Made by a program: the position numbers and the translations under genes. Below the pieces are notes generated by a model. That model did no database searches. It was not told where the DNA came from and was given only the letters and a program-made list of their open reading frames with translations. Positions 13,024-26,700 of a DNA stretch of 64,000 nt are shown piece by piece; the stretch's first letter is position 1, and the number at the start of each line of letters is the position of its first letter. Source of the DNA: Neovahlkampfia damariscottae (lineage: Eukaryota); contig JABLTG010000020.1 in the NCBI GenBank assembly GCA_016618085.1, positions 62,001-126,000 on the forward strand, read 5' to 3'.

Positions 13024-16014
13024 TTATAACATACTTTGTAAAAAGAATGAATTTACATTTGGATCAGTTGAATCTTGTAAATTTCTAATAATATTTTCTG
13101 CAAATATTCTATTATTCCATCCAACTTTATACAAAACTTTTTTGAATGGAGATGGATAATTCACAAGATTAGAAATAAATTCTAATTTATCATTTGGTAC
13201 TAAATGAACAATTCTACCAACTAATTTTCCAGTTTTTAATAAACTTTCATGATTATTCTTGGCAACTCTTTCAAATGCTTCAAAAATATATTTGAAATTA
13301 GTACTCATTTGTTTATTAAAATATTCTAAATGTTCTCTAACAACTCTTTCTTTTGTTTCAATTGCAATACTTGAACTATATACATTTAAATTAATTTCAG
13401 ATGATTTATAAAATGAAAGTGAGTCCATATTTGAACTACCAATAGATACAAATTTATCATCCACAATTGTAAGTTTTGAATGAATATAAATAGTTTTTAC
13501 TTTTATGAATATGAGTTTATAGTTAATCTTCTTACATGAATTTAAACTTTCATCTTGTCTAACTAAACCATAAATACCAACTCTATCAGGTGCTGTTTTA
13601 AATATAATTTCTAAATGTTCATCAACTAAAGAGATATTGAATTCAATTTAAAATCAAACTATGATCTTGTGACATATCTAACATTGAACCAACAAATCCT
13701 TTTGGTAAATCTGTTTTGATTGGTGCAACCATAATTACATATAAATCTGGATTACGTTTTAATGCATCACACATACATTGAGTTAAAACAAAATTATGAA
13801 ATGGCCATTGATGTTCAAAATAAAGATATCTAAAATATTAAATATGAATTTAAATTTCAAACTCTTTTGCACTATTAATTATTGAACAAAACATATCTAA
13901 AAGAACATGTCTATCAAGGACAGCAGGCCATGCTCTAATCACTTGAACTGTTGATTTATGTATTTGTGAATCTTCTGGATCTTTCATTGGTTTTCCAATT
14001 TTATCAAATTTTGGATATTTTAAATTCTTTACTGTGTGATTATCATTTGTAAATGCATGAAACCATCTTTGAAGAAAATGATAATATAAATCTTTTGTAG
14101 CATTTCCTCTAACAAAACATTGAACATCATGCCATAACCAATTAAAATTACCCCAAAATGGCTTTTTAAAAGTTAAATAAATTAAATTTACTTGAACTGC
14201 TTTTCCACCATATCTTTGTACTTCATCTTCTTTTAATAATGAATTTAAATCCCATATTGATTGTGGTGGCTTTAAATATTATTTAATATATACTTTTTCA
14301 TTTTTACTAAATGTAATGGTTGATCAAATCTTCCTCTTGCAATATCAAATCCCTTTTTTTTTTAAAAATAAATTAATTAAAAACTCCTGTAAATGCAACA
14401 CATCTATTATTATATTCAGCATCAATTAAAACTAATTTTTCATGATGACAACTAACAACACCTTTTGGATTACCAACTAAAATAAATATTATATCTGCAT
14501 CATTTGATGATTTATAAGGATCTGAATATTTTGAATTTGGATTTGGCTTTTTATTATTAAAAAAGAAAGATAAAAGAATTACCAAATCAAATTCAGTATA
14601 ATAAACAATAACTTTTAAACCACGATTTTCAGCTTCATTTTGTAATTTTTTAATTTCTCTTTCAATAGTGACTTCACCTAAATATAAATATCGATTTAAG
14701 TATGATAAAAATTGATGTCTCCAAACCATAATTCTAACTTTAACACCTGCACTTGCTCTATCTAATAAAATATCCTTTTTATTTTTAAAATTTATGATTA
14801 ATTGTACTGATAAATTCTTCCAATTTCCAGTTGTAAATTTCTTTTGCAATTTATCAAATAAAGAGTTTGAAGGTTGATGTTTTGTATAAATTAAACCAAA
14901 AGTTAAAGATAATTCCCAACCTAAAATATCAATTGTATGTTCTGCTTGCATCATATAATGATAATATCTACCAAATGTTTGTAATCCATCAATTAAAATT
15001 TCAACTTCATTTCCTTCTGATAAAGGATGAAAATGAACATCATCTAAATTCTCATTTGATTTTTCTTGATAATATTGATCTAATGTATCAACTTGTTCAT
15101 CTTTTATAATTTCAATTTCTTCTTTTAACATTGTAAATTTTATATTATAACAATGTCCATCATTTTCAATAGTCATACTTTTAACATCTTTTGAATTTTG
15201 AAATTTTATAATTTTTTTTGTTTTATCATTTGAATTTGTCCATATTAAAAATTCATTTCCTTCTTCATTATGAATTATTTCAAATATTGATTCATTCACC
15301 AAAGAATCACTAAATATTAAATTACTTGCATAATATTTGATACTAAATGAACTAACTGTTGAAAATGAAACTATTTTATGAGTTTTATATACTTTCTTAC
15401 AATGATGACTTGAAAATGCAGATGAACTTTCATGTTTTTGAAAATGACCTAACCAATATCTATTTGTTGGTTGTGCATTAATATTATCTGATGAATAATT
15501 AAACTCAACATCTGCATAGAACTTTTCAGGTAAAATATTATTTTGTCGTTTTAAACCTTTTCAAAATTGAATAATTTATGAATTACAAGTTAAATTATTT
15601 AATAAAAATGAGTATTGATACTTCACTATTTCTACTGTATATGATAATCTAAATAATGGTGTATTTCTTTGTCCATACGCCAAAAATTTTGGTTTACTTG
15701 TTAAATCTCTACCAAAGTCAAAGATTGTATGTCTACCAAGATGTGTATTATTTTTTCCTTCAACTAAAGTTAATGATATGTGAGAAGTTGTGATATGAGT
15801 TTTTTGATTTATTAAAACAGTTTCTGGACACTTTAATGAACCAAGATAAATTCTAAAAGGTAATTATTCAAGTTATTTAATACCTTCTCGTTATTTGTCC
15901 AGTATCAGTTCCAATGTCAAGAAGGATCTCTGATTCCATTTCGTATTTTTGTGCATTTAAAGAAGTTGGATATTTTGCTTCAATCTCTCCAAATCTAATA
16001 CGGTAAAGCTTCAT
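13024..16014 (-). CDS. PLD: Phospholipase D (two HKD motifs), multi-exon
   Basis: HHEKLVLID and IYIHSKLTIVDD; AFTG|GFDIARGRFD; WHDVQC; IGSSNMD. First in-frame ATG at 16014 (MKLYRIRF), second at 15939. Confidence 0.9.
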
Positions 16015-16154
16015 AATTAATTCAGTGATTTAGTTATCAAATTTATCTCAAGTCAAAATTTACCAATGGAAATAATTTAGGAAATTAGATTTTAAAAAAT
16101 AATTAATTTGATTGGTCATTGAAGTGCAAAAAAAAATTCACCCATAATTTTTTA

Positions 16155-18513
16155 ATGTTTCAACATGATATAGACGAACTGTCCTTCAATCAAATCACTG
16201 AACTACAAGAAGAAGAAGAAGATGAAGATGAAGAAAATGAAGAGGAATTAAAATTGAAACAAATTTTATTAAAACAAAAAGGAAGACTTTCAGAATTTGA
16301 AGAAGTTGATGAAGAGGAAGAAAAAAGAATAAGAGTTGAAAGTTTAAAAAAAATGCAAGATTTAAATTCAAAATATAAAGAAATAATTGAACAACAAATA
16401 TCTCAAGTAGAAGAAAAACTAAGATCAAATGAAACTTCTCAAAGGAATTTAAGGTTAATGACTTCAATAAACGCAGCAACTCGTCCTTCAAATTCAAAAA
16501 AATATACAGTTTCAATTCAAAAAAGATCTGCTTCTTCATACTTTTTCGTTGATGGTTATGGAAATCAACCAGAAGAAAATATTGATGCAAAAAGAAAAAG
16601 ACTTCAAACAGAAAAAATGCCTTTGACTTATCAAACAAAGAAATGGACTGATGAAGAAATAAATTCTTTAAAACATGGAATTCATCAACAAAATCAAGAA
16701 ATTTTGACTTCAAAATTACTTACGAAAGTAAAAAAAAAAATATACTGAATTTTTAAAAAGTATCAAAATAACACTGAAAAGGATTCTGTCGAAAAACTAC
16801 AAAAAGAAATTGAAGATATTTCTAAAATGTCTGTAGAAGAATTGGAGAAAGATACAACAAATATAAATTGGAACTTAATTTGTGAAATGCATGTACCAAC
16901 TAGAAGTCCAATATCTTGCAAACAAAAATGGGAAATAGTTCTTAAACCTGGAATTAATAATGATTCATGGACTGTTTCTGAAGATAAATTACTTTTAAAG
17001 TTGGCAAAAGAAAATAATGGATATGACTGGATTGAAATAGCTCAAAAACTTGGTACAAATAGAAATGCGTTTCAATGTTTTAAAAGATACCAAAGAAGTT
17101 TAAATCCACATATGTTAAAATCAAAATGGACAGATGAAGAAGACGCAGTTTTGATTGACGCAGTGAAGTTGTATGGAGAAAAGAATTGGCAACAAATTAG
17201 TACTGTGTTGGATGGAAGAACAGGACAACGTAAATTTATTTATCATTAACAATTTTATTCATAGAATGCTTGCATCGTTGGTCAAAAACATTAAATCCAA
17301 CTATTAAAAGAGGTCGTTGGAGTGTAGATGAAGACAATAGGTTACGTTTGGCATGTCATGCTTATCAAAATCATAATTGGATTAAAATACAACAACATAT
17401 TCCAGGTAAATATTCATTTTAATTAACAAAGTCTCTTTATAGGAAGGTAAGATTTTGAATTTTCTTTAAACTTTCTCAAGAACAGATGTTCAGTGCCGTG
17501 AACGTTGGTGTAATATCATCAATCCAGTAAATAATTAAAATAGTTTTAACAACTTAAAAAGGACTTAAAAAATGGACCATGGACAAAAGAAGAAGATATG
17601 CGTTTAAAGAGAGCAGTAGAAGAGTTAGGTGTTGGAAAATGGAGTAAAATTGCAGAAGAATTATATCCAAGAACTGATAATCAAATTTGGAGACGTTGGA
17701 AAGCATTAAATGCAGATAAAGTTGATGATTATGTAAATATTTTAAAATTTTTAAAAAAAAAAATAGAAAAAATCACTTCAAGCCAAAGATAAAGTTATGG
17801 TTAAAAACTTTGTTGGAAGAGAAAAAGAAAGACCAGAAATAACACCTGATGATCTTAAAGAATCTGAAAATGAATTAAAATCAAGATTATTATCAGAAAA
17901 GTATCCTTATTCAATTGGATTACCTTCAAGTGAATTTGTTAAAATATCTTTATCTCTAGTTGATTTAATGTCAAATCCAAAAGAATTAAACAAACCTGAA
18001 AAACAACAACCAATGTTTGTTCAACCATGTATTTCAATGCAACATTCATTTCCATGTTTACCTGCTACAAGAAGAAATTGTTATGCACTTTCAATTTTGA
18101 ATAGACATCTTTTTTATCCTGAAAATATTTTTAAAGAAATTACAAATGAAAATATAACTGAAGAGAATTATAAAGAAGAATTTGAAGAAAAATTTGATTT
18201 TGATAAATTAGATTCTGATTCATTTGAAGAAATTAAAAAGAAATGGGAATCAACAGATGATGCACCAAATTTTGATTTTGATGAATTAAAATATTTAGAT
18301 ATTGAAAAATTAAAAGAATCAAAAGAATTTTCAATTTTAAATTCATCATTTATGGCATTATTTTCACATTCATTACTCAGAGTTATGCAAACAACAAAAC
18401 AATTAAAACCTGAAATATTAGAGAAATCAACAACAGCACCACCTATTATTCCATTTTATAAAGATAAAAAAAGAAAAAGAAATGAAGAAACTTCAAAAAG
18501 AAAAAAAAAATAA
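16155..18513 (+). CDS. SNAPC4: Multi-Myb-repeat protein, snRNA-activating complex subunit 4 (SNAP190)-like
   Basis: About 4.5 Myb repeats: RSPISCKQKW..PGINNDSWT, LGTNRNAFQCFKRYQ, GRTGQQCLHRW, PGRTDVQCRERW, RTDNQIWRRW. Confidence 0.85.
17443..17446 (+). other. 4-nt micro-exon (GAAG) in the SNAPC4-like gene
   Basis: Flanked by GT-AG introns 17406-17442 and 17447-17480; inclusion restores the conserved Myb motif IPGRTDVQC. Confidence 0.88.
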
Positions 18514-18519
18514 AATATT

Positions 18520-19221
18520 TTAATTTTGATCATTTAATTTAAAAATTAAAAAGTACAATTTCAAAAATTCATCTTTTGTTAAATCAGTTTTTGTTAATGA
18601 TATACCAAGTTGTTTACAACATTTTGAAATGAATAAATCATTTACATCAGCAATATATCCAAAATTTCGATGACCTGTTCTAGAAATTATACCATCATAA
18701 ACTGAATCACCAAATTGAAATAAAAATTCTAAACCTAATTTTGCTTCAATTGCAACTAATAAACAAATAATAAAATATAGTACATCAACTTCAACGAATC
18801 CAACTTTACCAGAAAGAAAATCAAAAGTATCAAGTATTTTATACTCTTTCCATTTTGTTACAATCTCTAATACTAAAAAGAACATATCTTCTCCAAGAAA
18901 TGAAATATTTTTTGGTGTCTTTGGACTCTTTAAATCTTTTTCATTGTCACCAGTCTCTTCTCTTGCTGTAGTGATCGGTTTGAACATTTCATTAATTGTT
19001 TTACAAAAACTTTTGTATGCTTCTTCAGATGTTATTGTTTGATAAAACTTTCTGTAAAGTGAAACATCAATTGTCTCAGTTTTTGGTTCAACAAATTCTT
19101 GGAAGTGTTGAAATTTTTTCTTTTTCACTAAATAATTTTTGAATAGAGTTAATAAGTTCTTTTCATTTATGTTTGACTTTGTTTGAATTGTCTTGCGTTT
19201 TGGTGAAATACTTCTTCTCAT
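18520..19221 (-). CDS. Degenerate EF-hand protein, EFCAB9-like
   Basis: FFLVLEIVTKWKEYKILDTFDFLSGKVGFVEVDVLYFIICLLVAIEAKLGLEFLFQFGDSVYD resembles the EFCAB9 core as I recall it; ATG 19221. Confidence 0.5.
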   Translation of the reverse strand: MRRSISPKRKTIQTKSNINEKNLLTLFKNYLVKKKKFQHFQEFVEPKTETIDVSLYRKFYQTITSEEAYKSFCKTINEMFKPITTAREETGDNEKDLKSPKTPKNISFLGEDMFFLVLEIVTKWKEYKILDTFDFLSGKVGFVEVDVLYFIICLLVAIEAKLGLEFLFQFGDSVYDGIISRTGHRNFGYIADVNDLFISKCCKQLGISLTKTDLTKDEFLKLYFLIFKLNDQN

Positions 19222-19404
19222 TTTTAAAAAAAATGATTGGACAAGAAAAGACAACGTTTCCTTCTTTTTTTTTTTTTGAAAATTTAAATAAACATTTTAG
19301 AAGTTAAAAATAAATTAGTTTCGACACTAAATCCTAAAAATCCAAACTTTCCAAAACACTTCAACCAATAATATTTCAACAATTTTTTCGTTGTTGTTCA
19401 AACA

Positions 19405-22400
19405 ATGATTCATCTAGAAGAAGATGAAATCGAAGAATTTATTCCTGAATTCAAACCAGAAGTGGAATTTTCAAAAGAAATTATGTTACAAGAAGAAGAA
19501 GTTTCAGTTATCGACTGGAGAATGAAGATTAGAGTAAATTTATTTTATTTATTTTTAAATATTCAAAGCTCAAAACGGTTCATGTAGCAATAGTCATGTG
19601 TTTAAATATTGGTGTTGATCCACCTGATGTTATAAAGGTTTATCCTTGCTCTGTTCTTGAGTGTTGGTTAGATCCTCAAAGTCATCAAATTTCGAAACCA
19701 CTAGAAACAATTGGAAATACCCTCAAAAACCAATATGAAAGATGGCAGCCAAGGGTAATTTGAAAAAATAAAACATTAAAAATCCAGGCTCGATACAAAT
19801 TGTGTTTGGATCCGACTGTCGAAGAAGTAAAAAAAACTTGCACATCTCTACGGAGAAGTGCAAAAAAAGAAAGAGTTTTATACCATTATAATGGACATGG
19901 TGTTCCAAAACCTACTTCAAACGGAGAAATTTGGGTGTTCAACAAAAATTTTACACAATATATTCCTTTATCAATATATGACCTACATTTATGGATGTCA
20001 TCACCATCAGTATACGTATTTGATTGTCCTTGTGCTGGGTTAATATTAAAATCTTATTTAAAATTACTGAACAAAGAAGTAAATGACATCAAAAAACTAT
20101 TCTAACTTTAAAGACAATGGAAGAAAATATATTTTTAGGGTCATGCAGTATCAATGAAATATTACCAACGAATCCAAATTTTCCTGCTGATTTTTTTACT
20201 TCTTGTTTGACAACACCAATAAAAACAGCATTAAGATGGTTTAATATGAATAACAAACTATTAGAAGGAATTTCAATTGATTTATTAGACAATATACCTG
20301 GTAAACTCACAGACAGAAAGACACCTATGGGTGAATTGAATTGGATTTTTACAGCTGTAACAGATACAATTGCGTGGAGTGTTTTACCAAGTGGTAAGGA
20401 ACATTATTCATTTATAAGTTTTTAGATTTATTTCATAAATTGTTTAGACAAGATTTATTGTTGGCAAGTTTATTTCGTAATTTTCTTCTTGCAAATAGAA
20501 TTATGAGATCTGTAAAATGTACACCTGTTTCACATCCAAAATTACCACCTACACAAGACCATCCTTTATGGCAAGCATGGGATTTAGCAGTTGATCAATG
20601 TGTTGAACAACTTCCAAAATTATCAGAAGATAGTAAAGCAGAATATATAGTAATCTAAAAAAAAAAAAATAATTAAACATAACTTTTTTATTAGTATAGC
20701 TCTTTCTTTGAATCACAATTAACAGATTTTGAATTATGGTTAGACTTTGCATCAGAAAAGAAAAAACCACCACTTCAATTACCAATATTACTTCAAGTTT
20801 TATTATCACAAGTTCATAGATTAAGAGCTCTATCTTTATTAGCTAGATTTTTAGATTTAGGTGCATGGGCAGTTAATTTAGCTCTCTCTGTTGGAATATT
20901 TCCTTATGTTTTGAAATTATTACAAAGTCAATCAACAGAATTAAGAAAAGTTTTAGTTTTTATTTGGTCAAGAATTATTGCAGTTGATAAAAGTGCACAA
21001 AGTGATTTAGTTAAAGATTCTGGTCATATATATTTTATCAATACAATTACAGGTGATACAGTTGATTCATCTTTGAAAGCACTTTGTTGTTTTGTTTTAT
21101 GTAATGTTGTAGATGATTATGTACCTGGAAAAGAAGGATGTTTTCAAGATCCAAATATTTTATTATATTTAATTGAACAAGTTGAAACACCTGATCCTTT
21201 ATTAAGAAAATGGATTTGTTTCTTAATTGCAAAGATTATTGAAGATTATGATGAAGCAATTGAAGTAGCTTTATCTGATGATATTCATACTAAAATATCA
21301 GAACTTTTATTTGATTCATCACCTGATGTAAGAACAGCAGCAATATATGCTTTATCTGTATTTGTTGGAAAAGATCAAACTAAATCAGATAATAGAGCTA
21401 AAGAAGAATTTAAAATTGGATCATATTTATATCAAAGTATTTCAGATGGAAGTAATATGACAAGAAGAGAATTAGTTATTGCTTTATCTGTATTTTTAAA
21501 AAGTTATGAAGAATTTGTTTCACCAGAACTTTTAAGAGGTATCATTTTTGAAGATCAAGAAGTTTTGAGACAAAGATCAGAATCTATTCAAGAAATTAGT
21601 CAAAATAGTTTAAATGATATTACACCAAAAGATATGCAAAATCGTGACATTGGAAAAAGATCATATTTTGCTTTAGATTTGTGTAGAGTTATTTTAATGT
21701 TATGCTCAGATCCAATGAAAGATGTATCAGAACTTGCAATGAAATTATTTACATATATGAAACATACAGTAAGTGTTTATATATTGTTGATCATTTTATA
21801 GTTTTTTAAATTATCAAAAACAAATTCAATTAATATTTCAGCTTTATTTTTAACATCAACATTTTTTCAATCAAATTGTGAAGATTTTTCAAAATCAATT
21901 TTAGAATCTAATGTTATGGTATTAGTAGATTTATATTTTTTCTAAATTAAAAAAGTTTGATAAAAATGATACACCAAAGATTAGATGGAGAATTAGAAGA
22001 AATAAAACAGTAATTAAAGAAGCAGGAGAAATACCAATTGAAATATCAAAAAAGAAATTTGAAGATCAAATTGGATTTCTTTCAAATCAATCTGATATCA
22101 TTTCAAATGTTCTATTTCATCCATTTGATCCACATTTAATTGTATCAGATGAAAAAGATCGTATAAAGTAATACTTTGAATAATATTAAATATTAGTGTT
22201 TGGAATTGGATTTCTGCAACAAAAATGAATTCATTTTCATGTGGAAAATATTTGAGTGGAAGAATAACTGATTTAAAATTGATTAATGAATCAATTGAAC
22301 AATCTTTATTATTAGTTTCATCTGCATCTGGTAATATTTGTATTTTCAAAAATTATGGAAAAGATGAAAGTTTAGTTACTGCATTTAGAGCAGTACCAGA

Positions 22401-23079
22401 AGCAATTTCATATCAACAAGGACCTGGTATAATTACTGCTTGGCAACAACAAAACAAAACATTATATTGTGGTGGTGAAATTGAATTTATTAAAATTTGG
22501 GATATTGAAAAAGAATTTTGTGTTAGAGTACTTCCAACAAATTGTGATACTTCTGTTACTTCAATGTCATGTAGTAAATTATCAGGAAATTTATGTTATG
22601 TTGGATGTGGTGATGGTAGTATTTTATTAATTGATCAAAGGGTTAATGAACAGCATTCTGTTGTTTCAAATATGAAAGAACATAAAAATTGGATTGTAAA
22701 TTTAAAAACTCCAAAAAAAGATGAAAATACATTGATATCAGGATCAGGTGATGGTTTGATCAAATTTTGGGATGTTCGTAAACCAGAAAAATCAATCAAA
22801 GAATTTCAATCACAAAAAGGTTCACTTTCTGCACTTGCTATTCATGACTATGCATCTTTAATTGCCACTGGAAGCTCAAATCAACATATCAAAGTATTCA
22901 ATTTCAATGGTGATAATTTAAGTACAATATATTATCATGATGGATTTTTAAGTCAAAGAATTGGACCAATTTCTGCATTAGGTTTTCATCCTTACAAATT
23001 ATGTTTGGCTGCAGGTGCAACTGATTCTATTGTCTCTTTATACACAAATGACAAAAAAATGAAAGGAAAAATATTTTAA
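19405..23079 (+). CDS. RPTOR: Regulatory-associated protein of TOR (Raptor/KOG1)
   Basis: RNC motifs [61 protein letters not shown] repeats; WD40 end with [13 protein letters not shown]; eight short introns. Confidence 0.97.
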
Positions 23080-23133
23080 ATAAATCATTTTTGATTCAAT
23101 AAATTGATTGAATTTGCTCATGTTAAATGAACT

Positions 23134-23708
23134 TTATTTCTCCTCACTTGACTTGACTTTTTTATACCCTCTTGTTCGTAGTTGGCATAAAACAATGAGA
23201 CAACAAAGAATACAACAACAAAATAAACATATTACAAGAACAACAGGCACAACGAGCAATACCAATAAGAATCCACCTCGAACTGAACATTGAATCCACA
23301 AAAAATCGTTCCAACCATCATCCATTACTAATGTGGTTGATCCCATATTGACGCTTTTAACATGTGCTGAAAAAGGAGTTCCTGAAGGTGAATAAAAAAT
23401 ACAATATTACCTGACCAACAAAACTTATTTGAATGTGACTCTAAAACTGTACCATTGTGGTGAATCACTCTAACATTATGATAATCACCGTTTGAACTGG
23501 TTGTGATGAAAACACATGATGGAATTGTGGTACAGTTTTCGCATGTAGAATACAACAAACAAGGTACTGTAGTTTTCAAAGCTGTTTCACCATACCTTGA
23601 AACCAGTGAATTTATCATACTTGTTGTTTTTGATATCTCAGATTGTTGTACAGAGTATTGAATAAAAAAAATGAAAAACAGTGACAGAACTAAGTTGACT
23701 GACTTCAT
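23134..23708 (-). CDS. Small type I membrane protein with PSI-like Cys domain (PTTG1IP-like)
   Basis: Signal peptide; CLLYSTCENCTTIPSCVF..FCWSG..WIQC; TM helix with Cys cluster; tail YKKV; one 29-nt intron. Confidence 0.65.
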
Positions 23709-23793
23709 TGCTTTCGTTGGTTGTTTTTCAAAAATTGTCCAATAAGATTGTTGATTGATATTGATTGAAAAATATTTATTTTGTGAATGAGAT

Positions 23794-26700
23794 TTAAATC
23801 CAAGCCATCCATCCTTCATACATCATTGAAAGATTATCTAAATTTGTTGATTCTTGAATAACTTGATTTACTTGATTTTGAATTGAATATTTTGAATTTA
23901 ATCTTTTTTCAACTCTTTTTAAAACATCAATTGCATAATTTCTTGCTTCATCATTTGATTCCTTTACTTCTTCTTCAATTTCTTCTTCTTCAATATCTTC
24001 AACTTCTTCAACTTGTTGTTGAATTGAATCATTTTTTAAAATTATTAAATTAATTTCATTTTCAATGTGTTTAATTGAACTTTGAATATTTTTCAAATCA
24101 AAGTGTTGAATATTTTTATTATTTAATGCATCAAAGAATTGATTAATATTTTTTAAATGATTTGAAATGAACAAATCAAATTCTTTCAATTGTTTAAAAT
24201 TATTAGTAATTTTTAAAATTGAATCAATTAATGATTTTAATTCATTTAAGACATCAAAATATTTTAATACTTCTTCAGTTTCATTTTTTGATTTTATTTT
24301 ATCCAATAAAACTTCTTCGTATTCAAATATTATTTTTGTAAAATTTGAACCTTTTGTAGAGAAATTCATTTTTAAATTTTCAATTTCATCATTTAATATT
24401 TTCATTTTTGATTCAATTTCATCTTTTTTTTGTTTTAATTTTTTAAATTCATATTCAAGTTCAAAATTGATTGAATTTTTATATTTTTTAATTGTACTTA
24501 AAATATGATTTTGCATTGTATTTGTAATTTCATTATTTGAAATAAATTCTTCAATTTGAATTATTGAATTACAAACATTTAAAAATAATTCATCAATAGA
24601 TAATTTTGATTGGATAATTGAATTTCTTTTTTCATTCTTATTTCTTAATGTTTTACCTTCCATTTGAATATATTTTATGAAATTCTTATTTAAATTTTCA
24701 AAAGTTTCTTTTGATTTTTTTAAATTATTTTCAATTCTTTTTAATATTTTAGATTTTAAATTTAAAGATTCTAAATTTTGTTTTCCAAAAATTTCTTCAT
24801 ATTCTTCATAAAGATCATAATTCATCCAAGAGTACTTTATTAAATATTTCAAAATGTTTGATAAAACTATTTTTAATTCTTCGATTTTTTCATCATTTTT
24901 TTCTTCTTTTTCTTCCATTTCATCAACAATATATTGAAATGAAATTAAATCTTGAATTAAATATTTTAAATTTTCATCTTCTTGTGTTTTATTGGTTGAA
25001 AAATATTCTTTAAAATTTTCAGTCATTTTAATTAATTTTGGATAAATATTTTGAATCAAATTTGAATTAATGAATGATTCAAATATATTCAAAGTTTCAT
25101 TCTTCATTTCTAAAATATCAAATTCATCAAATTCTTCTTCATTTTTAAATATTTGAATTGAAGATTTAAACAACTTTTCAATTATTAATTTTAATACTTC
25201 ATCTTCTTCTTCTCTTTGTTTAAATCCAATAGAGTTTAATTTTCCAAATTGTTTTTGTAAATCTACAAACACTTTATTTTTATTGGTAAAAGTTAATATT
25301 TCAGAAAACTAATATATTAATATAATCACTCTTACTGTTGGTTTTTTTAATTTTAAGAATTGATTAAATTGAATTAACCAATCAAATCTACTTTCTTTTA
25401 TAAAATTAATCAAATTATTAAATAATGAATTATATTCTTTCATGAAATTTTGAATTAAATTTAAATTATTTTCAAAAGAATTTAATAATTGATTAAAAGA
25501 TAAATTTAAATTTGAGTTCAAGTTCAATAAAATTTTCATTGACTTTAAAGAAGAAATAGAGAATTGTAAACAATTAAACCATTTTTGTTCAACTGATTCT
25601 AATGAATCTTCATCTGGTTTTAATTTTTCAATAACTTTTTCTAAAATAAAAATAACAAAAAAATTTAAAAATGAAGATGATTGATTTGAATCTGTTGTAA
25701 TAAATTCATGTACTTTTTTAATTGAATCATCTAATAATTGTTTAAATTCATCTTGTCTATTATCATTTTCTTTTAATTCATCTAATTTTAAATTTAATTT
25801 TTGAATCTTTTCAAATTTTAATTTAAAGATTTTTAAAATGTTTTCTTTTTCTTTTTTTTCATCTTTTTCTAATAATTTTATTGAAGAATTAAATAAATTT
25901 GAAGATATTGGATATTGATTTAATAAATTTGATAAAATATTAGTCCATTCAAATGACTTATCCATCTTATAGTAACTGTTTATATCAAAAAATTGTTCAA
26001 TAAAATTCTTATATTCTTCAATTGACAAAATTAATTCATCAAAATTTAATTTTCTTTCTTGTATTAAACTTTCAAATTTCTTTTCAATTTTCTTTAAATC
26101 TTGTGATTTTGATTGTTTTGAAACTAATTCGGATGAATTAAAATCATTGAAATATGATTGGTCATCTATTTTTAAAGTTTCAATTAAATCAGAATAAAAT
26201 AATCCTTGGTATCCATTAAAATTATTTTCAGATATTGTTTTAAATTTTAAATATTGGTCTTTCAATAAATTTTTAAATCTTTTTGAATCTTCTGAGGTTT
26301 CCAAAAAGTTTGATTCAATCTCTTTAAATGGTTTTAAAACTTTGTTTAATTCATTTTCTTTTTCATTCAATTGATCTTTTATTTTGATAATTGAATCTTG
26401 AATATTAAAATAAACATTGAAATCTTTTGAATATTTCTTAATATAATTGGTTATTTCCATTTTTTCTTTTTCAATTTCGTTAATTTTTGAATCAAAATTT
26501 CTAAAAACATTTTTTCTAAATTCTTCAGTTTCTATTAGTCTTGATGTAAAAAGATTAAATGACACTTTTAATTCTAAATCTTTTAAATCATTCTTATCTT
26601 TATCTGTTGACCAATCAACTAAAGGGTCACGAACAAAAGCATCCAATAACATTAATAATGTATCTTTTGATCTTTTCATTGTCCCTAATGTTTCTTCACA

